Origin: Candidatus Latescibacterota bacterium
GTDB lineage: Bacteria; Latescibacterota; UBA2968; GCA-2709665
Length of the DNA: 64,000 bases
Assembly: GCA_965205485.1 (NCBI GenBank)
Contig: OZ242180.1
Coordinates: 4,096,001 to 4,160,000, forward strand
Direction of reading: 5' to 3'
A program made the position numbers and the translations under genes. Shown in pieces: positions 19,365 through 27,111 of the stretch. The notes under the pieces are model-generated. The model searched no databases. It had not been told where the DNA came from and saw nothing but the letters and a program-made list of their open reading frames with translations. Positions within the stretch are counted from its first letter, which is position 1. The number at the start of each line of letters is the position of its first letter.

Positions 19365-21617
19365 TCAGGACGACACATTCGCCGGCGGCGTCGGGTCGGC
19401 GTCTCCCAGTACCGTGCGTCCGGCGGGGGTGTCCAGAAACCGGCGAATCACGTTGCGTGTGATCATCGAGACGTTATTCGAATACCCGTTGTGAGAGAGG
19501 CTGCCCGTCCACGTTACGGAGCCCGCGGAAAAGACCGCGCCTCCCCCGGCATAGTCCATAATCGCCATGTCGGCCGCGGGCGTGACGTGTGTGCGCCTGG
19601 CGGGGATGAAATCGGGATGCGCCGCCCGGGCGAGTACGACCGGCTCCGGCGTGAACCCGTCCCACGCCCAGGCCTGAACGGCATCCATTTCAAATCCGGC
19701 CGCGCTGCCCAGGTTCAAACCGAAGTCGCCGATAATCTCGTCCTCCCCGACGCCGTGGAATACCCATGCATATCTGGCGTCCATGCTTGACGGAAGCCGC
19801 CGGAATCCCCGTTTATCGTCGGCTTCGATCCAGGCGTTGGACGCGTGTTCCACGCCGACCGTCCGCCGCGGTGGACGTCCGCGCCTGGCCCACAGCCCTC
19901 CGAGTTCCAGTGTCGTACTGTGTTGGGATTCCCCGGGCGCAGGATCGTACGTCGGTCCATAGTCGCCCTCTCCTCCCCTGCGAAGTTCGAGCAGGTACGG
20001 CCGCCGGGTGTCGATGGACGTCACCCAGTACAGACCGTTGCCGCTCAAATAGACGAGGCGGCCCCCGTTCCGCACGTACGCCGCCAGGCTGTCGACCATG
20101 TTTTCGGTGTGGTATTCCGGATGGCTTCCCATAACCACACATCGGTAGCCGGAGAGCAGATCGGCGCCCCCGCGATCAAGGTCTTCGTCCGCAAATACCT
20201 CGTATTCGAACCCCAGCGCCTCCAGCCAGTCGATCAGGTAGAGGTTCGCCGTTATGTTGTGCGCCCCCCAGTTCTGGAATCCCGCGCCGGGATTCCATCC
20301 CCGTGTGGGCTGAAGGCGCGAGTAATAGTGAACCATCGAACCGTCGCTGTGAACGTCGTAAGTACACAGCGTTCGGTCCAGGACACCGTCTTCCGTATAG
20401 CTGTACGCGGCACGGTTGCTTCCGTATGCCTGCCACGTCAGCGTGGGAATCAGACATCCCAGTTCGGAACGCGGCGCCTTCGATGTAACGATAAACGGCA
20501 CGAAGAGCGCGTCCGAACCGGACCGTGCCCGCAGTGTGTATATGCCGGATCTCGCGTCGGAAGGCACCGCGACCGAGAAAGCAGTCGGCCACCCTGCATC
20601 TTCGAGGTCGTCTTCGTGCAGGTAGATCGCGTTGTAATCATCGGGCCGATCCGTATAGAGCCTGGACGGCATTCCCCCCCAGAACGGCCCCGTCACGGCG
20701 CGCCCCGGCGCATTGACGGCAAGCCCGTGGTTTCTGTTGTCAGAAAGATCGACGACCCGGGGGCCGGTCACGTCCAGGCCAAGATGCCAGTTTCCAATGA
20801 CGGGGCCGAGGGTTGACGGGTCCTGTCCGCCAGCAAGCGCCAGGACCGCTTCGCGGTCTAGCGCGGCTCCGAGAATCACGGGGTGCGCGATCTTGCCCGT
20901 GAAGTGAGCCCAGTGGCAAGCGGGGCGATCGGCGTCCTGACACGCGCCGAACAGCAATGGCGCGTTACTCGCGAACACGGAACCCTTCCTGATTTCTTTC
21001 GAGGAAAGACTCAGCGTATCGCGGGAAGACCGGGTTTCGACCACGCCGGCCGTATCGCCGATCTGCTGGTAGAGACGGATTTCGCCGGAGTCAGGACGGT
21101 GCGAGAACGCCACGAACTGCCAGTTGCCCACGTGGATGTTTTCTCTGGCCGTCGCCCAGTGCGCTGTCCTTCCGTCGTGAGAAACCGCAGCCGTCAGAAA
21201 GCGCTCGCCCGCGAAGAAAATACCGTAGCCCAGGTTTTCGCGTGTCCACTTCACGGCAAGGGCGCGCCAGCCGCCACCGCCCAGCGTTGGCTGGAACCAG
21301 AGTGCGACGGTAAACGGACCTTTCGGATTCAGGGTATCGGAGTGGGGAATCTCTATGTACGAACCATAATCCGTAGGTTGTTCGAAAACCCCGATGCGGT
21401 CCGGTTGCCCCCATGAGACGCGTTCTTCCCGGTAGCCCGGACCGGCGGGATTGGGATCGCCATGAATCAATCGCGACAGGTTCACGTCCGCCATACCTGG
21501 AGGGCCGCCCAGTTTGAATGCGATCTCCGCTCCGGCCGGCACGGTCATTTCATCCGCGTAGCCTTCCAGCCCGAGTCCCGGGACGGGCGACGATTTCTCG
21601 AATCGGGGATTGGACAA
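19365..21617 (-). CDS. N,N-dimethylformamidase large-subunit family protein with LamG-like domain
   Basis: GYAD, RLIHGDPNPAGPG, PTLTWQAY, TYDVHSDGS, GSHPEY, YLSGNGLYW, VFSAGSVTW. Confidence 0.85.
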   Translation of the reverse strand: MSNPRFEKSSPVPGLGLEGYADEMTVPAGAEIAFKLGGPPGMADVNLSRLIHGDPNPAGPGYREERVSWGQPDRIGVFEQPTDYGSYIEIPHSDTLNPKGPFTVALWFQPTLGGGGWRALAVKWTRENLGYGIFFAGERFLTAAVSHDGRTAHWATARENIHVGNWQFVAFSHRPDSGEIRLYQQIGDTAGVVETRSSRDTLSLSSKEIRKGSVFASNAPLLFGACQDADRPACHWAHFTGKIAHPVILGAALDREAVLALAGGQDPSTLGPVIGNWHLGLDVTGPRVVDLSDNRNHGLAVNAPGRAVTGPFWGGMPSRLYTDRPDDYNAIYLHEDDLEDAGWPTAFSVAVPSDARSGIYTLRARSGSDALFVPFIVTSKAPRSELGCLIPTLTWQAYGSNRAAYSYTEDGVLDRTLCTYDVHSDGSMVHYYSRLQPTRGWNPGAGFQNWGAHNITANLYLIDWLEALGFEYEVFADEDLDRGGADLLSGYRCVVMGSHPEYHTENMVDSLAAYVRNGGRLVYLSGNGLYWVTSIDTRRPYLLELRRGGEGDYGPTYDPAPGESQHSTTLELGGLWARRGRPPRRTVGVEHASNAWIEADDKRGFRRLPSSMDARYAWVFHGVGEDEIIGDFGLNLGSAAGFEMDAVQAWAWDGFTPEPVVLARAAHPDFIPARRTHVTPAADMAIMDYAGGGAVFSAGSVTWTGSLSHNGYSNNVSMITRNVIRRFLDTPAGRTVLGDADPTPPANVSS

Positions 21618-21697
21618 TTTTCGTACCCTCGCGAGCGCGAAGTACCAGTTCGCGTTACCGGATCACGCGTCGCCGCAGGTGGACGCCCGCAAATGGC

Positions 21698-22480
21698 CTA
21701 AATGTACCGTGCTAGCCCGCCGTCCACGTCTATGGATGCGCCGGTAATGTAGCTTGCCCGTTTGCTGGCCAGGAAAGTCACGACCGCCGCGATCTCTTCC
21801 GCTTCCCCCACCCTGCCCAGCGGTGTCTCCCGGCCGGCCTGTGCGTAATACGCCTCCAGTTCCGCGTCCGGCGCGAAATAGTCCAGCGTACTGCCCCAGG
21901 CCTGGCTCTTCACGTTGCCGGGATTCACACTGTTTACAAGAATACCGTATTGTGCAAGATTGTCCGCGAGACCCTTGCTGAACGCCAGACACGCGGCTCG
22001 GTCCGTGCTGTTGGCGATGTATTCCGGCGCAATCTGGCGCCCGACGATTGAGTTGATGTTGACAATCCTGGCCTGCGTGCTCTGTTTCAGATAGGGCAGT
22101 GCGGCCCGCACACAGCGCATCGCCGCAAACAGCTTCACGTCGAGGTCCGCGCGCCAAGGGACCTCCTCCACCTCTTCGAACGTACCGGGAAGCGCACTGC
22201 CGGCATTGTTCACCAGAATATCCAGGCCGCCCAGTGCGGTGGCTGCCGCTACCACGAACGCCAGGATCTGGTCGTTGTCCGTTACATCGGCAGTGTCGAA
22301 GAATACGTCGGCACCGGTTTCCTTCCGGAGCGCCGCCGCCGTATCGTCAAGATCACGGGACCCTCGGGCGCAGATCGCAAGGTCGGCGCCTTCCCGTGCG
22401 AATTCAAATGCAATTGCACGGCCGATACCCTTGCTGCCGCCCGTAACCAGCGCCCTGCGGCCTTTCAGCCCAAGTTCCAT
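21698..22480 (-). CDS. Short-chain dehydrogenase/reductase (atypical catalytic motif)
   Basis: TGGSKGIG, NNAG, ITGASIDVDGG; YxxxK replaced by NSTDR. GGAGG RBS. Confidence 0.88.
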   Translation of the reverse strand: MELGLKGRRALVTGGSKGIGRAIAFEFAREGADLAICARGSRDLDDTAAALRKETGADVFFDTADVTDNDQILAFVVAAATALGGLDILVNNAGSALPGTFEEVEEVPWRADLDVKLFAAMRCVRAALPYLKQSTQARIVNINSIVGRQIAPEYIANSTDRAACLAFSKGLADNLAQYGILVNSVNPGNVKSQAWGSTLDYFAPDAELEAYYAQAGRETPLGRVGEAEEIAAVVTFLASKRASYITGASIDVDGGLARYI

Positions 22481-22550
22481 CAATCCCCTCCTGCGTGCCT
22501 GACGACGTGTCAAAGCCGTGCCCGGAACGTGTTCCGCAACCCTTTTGTAC

Positions 22551-23381
22551 TCAGTACATCGCACCCGTTGTCACGCGGATGTCCTCCCCGTTGATTCCCC
22601 GCGCTTCGTCCCGGCACAAAAAAACCACGAGATCGGCGATTTCCTCCGGAATCAGGAACCTGCCCTGCGGATAGGTTTTCATAACCTCCTCGCGCATGGC
22701 TTCACGGGAGAGTCCCTGGTCTTCAGCCCACCGCCGCAGATGCATTTCCCCCGATGGCGTCTCGATCGTAGCCGGGCTGACGGTATTGGCCGTTATGCCA
22801 TGGGGAGCCGCTTCCAGCGCAAGAGACCTGCTGAACCCCAACAACCCGTGCTTGGATGCCGCATAGGCGCTGTAATTCGACGTGCCGATATGGGAATTGG
22901 TGGAGCCGATGGATATGATACGCCCCCAACCGTTTTCAATCATATGGGGAAGTGCATATCTGGCGCAGAGGTAGGGTCCGAACAGATTCACGTCAACCAC
23001 GCGCCTCCACGCCCGGTCGTCGTGGTTCAGAATCGGATGTATTACATTCGTTGCAGCATTATTCACCAGAACGTCCAACCTGCCGAAGGTCCTGATGGTC
23101 CGGCCGATCATGTCCTCAACGTCCGTCGCGGAACTCACGTCTCCGTCCAGACCGATGCACCGTACGCCCGTTTCCCGGATTTCCCCCCGGGTTGCTTCGA
23201 TCTCGTCGGCGCCCGCGAAATATTTCACCTCGCCTTCCACCCGCTTCACGCGCACGCTGCTCAAGGACATGATGCAGACGTCCGCGCCCCGACCCGCCAG
23301 ACGCAGCGCGATAGCCCTGCCCAGCCCGCTCGCGCCACCCGTGACAATTGCGGCGCGTCCTTTCAGGAATTGATCGTCCAT
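22551..23381 (-). CDS. Short-chain dehydrogenase/reductase (classical)
   Basis: TGGASGLG, NNAA, YAASK. Confidence 0.9.
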   Translation of the reverse strand: MDDQFLKGRAAIVTGGASGLGRAIALRLAGRGADVCIMSLSSVRVKRVEGEVKYFAGADEIEATRGEIRETGVRCIGLDGDVSSATDVEDMIGRTIRTFGRLDVLVNNAATNVIHPILNHDDRAWRRVVDVNLFGPYLCARYALPHMIENGWGRIISIGSTNSHIGTSNYSAYAASKHGLLGFSRSLALEAAPHGITANTVSPATIETPSGEMHLRRWAEDQGLSREAMREEVMKTYPQGRFLIPEEIADLVVFLCRDEARGINGEDIRVTTGAMY

Positions 23382-23512
23382 CCTGCAATTCCAGCCTCCG
23401 CATATGCGAAATTCGCTCTGCCGAAATACGTCGCTCATACACGCCGGGCAGGGATTGGGCGGGTACCTTCAAATGGCGTATGGGACCGCGCCACGTTCCA
23501 GAACCGTCACGG

Positions 23513-25261
23513 CTATGGATTCCGTCGGGCAGCCCTTATTTCCAGCAGGTACATCACCATCACGTTTTCCTGACCAAAACTCAGGTGGAAGGCGTCCGAC
23601 AATTCGGCGACCCGCCGGATCTGGTCCGAGTTTTCATCGAATAACGGTCCAAAATGAAAAAAGCTGAAGTCGATGACCCTCGCTTCCAGCCCCGCGGCCG
23701 AAACCAGCTCCGACGTCCGAATCTGGCTTAACGCCGAAATCTGCATCAGATAGGCGATGCCCTCGTCGGCCAACATCTCCGGCAGCAGGGCGACCAGGTG
23801 ATCGAGCAGATTTCTGCCCCAGAAATCCGCGGGCCGGTGTCCGGTTGCCTGCCGGACCGGATCCACCGGCATCTGATAGAGGCTGCCGATCACCAGGTCA
23901 TGGCGCTCTTCCGGAATATAGGTGTAGAGGTCCACAACCCGTCCGGAAATACGGTCGGCCACGCCGTTGCGAAACGCGTTCGTCATTGTATTGCCGATGG
24001 CTTCTTTCTGAATATCGATTGCAAGGACCTGCTCCGCTCCGTTCAATGCGAGCTGTACAGAGAGGATTCCGGTACCGCACCCCACGTCCAGACAGCGTTT
24101 GCCCCGACCGGCGCCCGTTCGAAAGAGGTGCTTCCAGATCAGAAAGCTCCCCTGCGTGGGAGCGAATACGCCAGGATCGCAAGCAATTTCAGGAAATGGC
24201 AGCGGAAAGAGCGACCTCCCGGCCTCGTCCGCCCATGGACCCTGGACGACCGCTGCATTCTTCCGGCTTCCGCGCAGCGGTGACGCCTGCTCACGCACGC
24301 GCTTTCGGCCGGGCCGGGTACAGGCGAGCGTTTTTCCGGCTTTGGCAATGTGATCCGGCGTGACGCCACAGCACCCGCCAATGATCTGCGCGCCCTCGTC
24401 CCGCCAGCCCCTGGCCAGCGCGGCAAAGCGCCGGGGGCCCACGGACTCGTCAAATTTCCAACCCGGATCCAGGTAGCGTCCCAGGTTCGGGTAAACGCCC
24501 AACGGCAGATCCGTAAAATCCCGCAGCCACGAGATCATCCCCGGAACGTGATCCACCGGCAGACAATTGATCAGCAGGGCGCCAATCCCCAACCGTTGAA
24601 ACCGGTGGGCCAGCCTGCCGAAATAATCGCCCTCAGGCCCACCCCAGTGCTGTCCGTGTACGCCGCACAGACCCTCTCTGCAACGCCGAAAGCTCAGCCA
24701 CACCGGAAGGCCGGTCTGGATCATCATTTCGATTGCGGGAAGCGTAAGGTCGTCCCGGACGATTGACATCGTCTCCATCAAGACAAGGTCGGGCGGTTCG
24801 TCCGCAAATACCCTTGCCAGCAGTTGCAAGCGCTCCAGCCGCTGAGGCGTATCGATGTCTCCGTTCATGCTGAACGCGACGGCGCATTCGTCGTCCCTGC
24901 CCAGCTCCTGATTCGCCTGGCGCGCCAGTCCGATGCCGCGTCGCGCCACATCCATCCAATGCGATATACCCACGTCCGGCGTCGGCCCTCCCCCGCCAAT
25001 CTCCGATCCCTCGAGGATTCCCCAGGTATTGGTTGAAATGACGTCACACCCGACTTCTGCAAAGCGCCGGTGCACATCGAGAACGGTATAGGGTTCATGG
25101 TACAACGCCCAGGTGCCCCAAAGGCTGTGATCGCTTATGGCGTGATCCTTAAGGCCCATGCGATCCAGTTCGGTTGCAACACCGCCATCCAGAATGACAC
25201 AACGGTCCTCGACGATAGATCGCTGGATGCGGCGGTAGGCTTTCGAGAAGATGCGGCCCAT
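23513..25261 (-). CDS. Homocysteine S-methyltransferase domain fused to a class I SAM-dependent methyltransferase
   Basis: ILDGGVATEL, LINC, GVYPN and IIGGCCG (HMT); C-terminal LDVGCGTGIL. Start uncertain. Confidence 0.82.
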   Translation of the reverse strand: MGRIFSKAYRRIQRSIVEDRCVILDGGVATELDRMGLKDHAISDHSLWGTWALYHEPYTVLDVHRRFAEVGCDVISTNTWGILEGSEIGGGGPTPDVGISHWMDVARRGIGLARQANQELGRDDECAVAFSMNGDIDTPQRLERLQLLARVFADEPPDLVLMETMSIVRDDLTLPAIEMMIQTGLPVWLSFRRCREGLCGVHGQHWGGPEGDYFGRLAHRFQRLGIGALLINCLPVDHVPGMISWLRDFTDLPLGVYPNLGRYLDPGWKFDESVGPRRFAALARGWRDEGAQIIGGCCGVTPDHIAKAGKTLACTRPGRKRVREQASPLRGSRKNAAVVQGPWADEAGRSLFPLPFPEIACDPGVFAPTQGSFLIWKHLFRTGAGRGKRCLDVGCGTGILSVQLALNGAEQVLAIDIQKEAIGNTMTNAFRNGVADRISGRVVDLYTYIPEERHDLVIGSLYQMPVDPVRQATGHRPADFWGRNLLDHLVALLPEMLADEGIAYLMQISALSQIRTSELVSAAGLEARVIDFSFFHFGPLFDENSDQIRRVAELSDAFHLSFGQENVMVMYLLEIRAARRNP

Positions 25262-25500
25262 GCAGAATACGCTCCGGTGCGCCGGCGGCACGGCCGGCCG
25301 TCGACCGTTCCTGTATGTCCGAAACGACAGAAAAGCGTCGCGATGAGGATCCATCTGACCCGGTAATGAACCAACTCCGCCAAAGATAGCCCGGAATGGC
25401 GGGATGCACAAATGCAATTCTCACAACCTTCACGTCCCGGACCACCCGCAGGAACATCGGCCACGTTCGCATATCACGTTGATCTCGCGTGTGTATGTAC

Positions 25501-25529
25501 AAAAAAATCCCGGTGTTCCGAACCGGGAT
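25501..25529 (-). terminator. Rho-independent terminator downstream of the fdh operon
   Basis: ATCCCGGT-loop-ACCGGGAT stem followed by a T run on the minus strand. Confidence 0.7.
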
Positions 25530-25673
25530 CCACAAGCCTAACCTCAATTCGTCGCTTTTCGGGGACGCTAAGTCGTATATATACAAGCCGATAAAGGCGA
25601 TTAAACTGCGGATTACCAGGATACTTCAGGTCACTGGAAGTGAACAGGACCTCTCCCCGGGGCCCCTCAGATT

Positions 25674-25795
25674 CGGGTAGACGGGAGAAGGTAGAGGGGA
25701 GAGATTTCTTGCCTCGTGGAGTTTCTTCTCCTGCCGCAGGCAAGAAGGAATAGAGTAGCGGGCAAGGGTTTCTTCTACCGTCTCACCTCTACCCG
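25674..25795 (+). ncRNA. Putative structured RNA (long rod with asymmetric internal bubble), family unassigned
   Basis: Nested complementary blocks CGGGTAGA/TCTACCCG, GGTAGA/TCTACC, TTCTTGCCT/AGGCAAGAA, GGAG/CTCC. G-U extensions favour the + strand. Confidence 0.3.
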
Positions 25796-25846
25796 CATTC
25801 AGGCTTTCTGTGGTCGATTAGACTGTTGTCTTCTTCCGAATTGAGG

Positions 25847-26074
25847 CTAATTCAGTGAACATGCGCCGGGGCCTCTCGGATCTCCGCAGGTTCCGCATGG
25901 TCCCGGGACCGCACTCGCATCGGTTTGACCGCTTCCGCCGTTTACGGCAAATACCGATAGCTGTTTCTCGAGATCGCCGCTGCCGCAGGACGGGCAGCAG
26001 GGTTCCTGGCTGCCCTGAATCAGCGTCTCGAAGGGATGACGGCAACTGCCGCAGATGAACTCGTATATAGGCAT
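25847..26074 (-). CDS. FmdB-family zinc-ribbon regulatory protein
   Basis: MPIYEFICGSC...FE...CPSCGS...SVFA; AAGGAG RBS. Confidence 0.88.
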   Translation of the reverse strand: MPIYEFICGSCRHPFETLIQGSQEPCCPSCGSGDLEKQLSVFAVNGGSGQTDASAVPGPCGTCGDPRGPGACSLN

Positions 26075-26087
26075 TGTCTTCTCCTTA

Positions 26088-26272
26088 GAAGTTGTTTTAA
26101 AATTCCCGGTGAGTCCCGAGCGCGAGCGAAAACGTGTCGGTCACGGCGGGCAAATTCGCCTAAGAGAGGCGAGCAAGCGCAGCCTCGACCTCTCGAAACG
26201 GGTGGATTTGCCCAACGCAGACCGACGCTTTTGCAGCCGCGCGAAGACCGCTGGGGGTTTTAAGACAGCTTC
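26088..26272. mobile_element. MITE copy 3 (185 bp)
   Basis: Ends GAAGTTGTTTTAAAATT / TTTTAAGACAGCTTC; TTA repeats at 26085-26087 and 26273-26275, the latter being the fdhD stop codon. Confidence 0.85.
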
Positions 26273-27103
26273 TTATTGCGCGATCCGTTCTGGGTGTGCA
26301 TACAGGTTGAAACCCTTCCTTCGAACGAATCCCGCAAGGGTAATTCCCACGTCGGATGCAAGATCGACCGCCAGAGAGCTTGCAGCGGAGACGCTTGCAA
26401 CAACGGGAATTCGCGCGACCGCCGCCTTCTGCACGATTTCAAAACTCGCTCTGCCGCTCACGGCCAGCAGGACGGCGCCCGCAGACGCGCCCACCAGGCG
26501 GTCGAAAAGCAGGGCGCCGACGGCCTTGTCCACGGCATTGTGGCGGCCAACGTCTTCGGAGCACACAAGCGGACGGCCGGACCGATCGAACGCGGCGGCG
26601 GCGTGTACGCCGCCGGTATGGGTGAATGTGGGCTGAATCCGTCTCATCCCGTCAATCGATTCGATGAGCAATTCCGCCGAGACCCTGGGCCCGGGCGGCA
26701 ACACGGAACAGCGCGCCACCAGGTCCGCAACGTCCTGTCGACCACAGACGCCGCACGCCGACGTCGTGAGTGTGCCGCGCCGGCTGGCGCTCACCCGTTC
26801 GATATCCAGGCTGTGCCCGGGCGCGGGGAGCACGTCGATGGCGTTGCCGTATCCTTCGGTCCCCGGTCGTCCGCAATGAAAGACTCTCCCCACATCCTCG
26901 ATTGACCCGATTATCCCTTCGGAAAACAGAAAACCCACCGCCAGCCGCGCATCTTCGCCCGGCGAACGCATGGTTACGGCAACGGGATCCCCCGCAACGC
27001 GGATTTCCAGGGGTTCTTCAATTGCGAGATCGTCGCGGATCGAACGCGGCGGACAGCCGTCATCCATCCTCGAAACGGCGCGCTGTGTAATCCCCGGGTT
27101 CAA
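26273..27103 (-). CDS. fdhD: Formate dehydrogenase accessory sulfurtransferase
   Basis: EEPLEIR, TMRSPG, SACGVCG, TGGVHAAA, EDVGRHNAVDK, SGRASFEIVQKA. Confidence 0.95.
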   Translation of the reverse strand: MNPGITQRAVSRMDDGCPPRSIRDDLAIEEPLEIRVAGDPVAVTMRSPGEDARLAVGFLFSEGIIGSIEDVGRVFHCGRPGTEGYGNAIDVLPAPGHSLDIERVSASRRGTLTTSACGVCGRQDVADLVARCSVLPPGPRVSAELLIESIDGMRRIQPTFTHTGGVHAAAAFDRSGRPLVCSEDVGRHNAVDKAVGALLFDRLVGASAGAVLLAVSGRASFEIVQKAAVARIPVVASVSAASSLAVDLASDVGITLAGFVRRKGFNLYAHPERIAQ

Positions 27104-27111
27104 CGTTATCC

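Noticed and set aside
25262..25500. SAM or other riboswitch ahead of the methyltransferase cluster
   Set aside because: No recognisable aptamer consensus; an Rfam scan would be needed.
25611..25650. SRP RNA-like words (TTACCAGG...TCAGGTC...GGAAG)
   Set aside because: Spacing and the conserved helix-8 internal loop do not fit.
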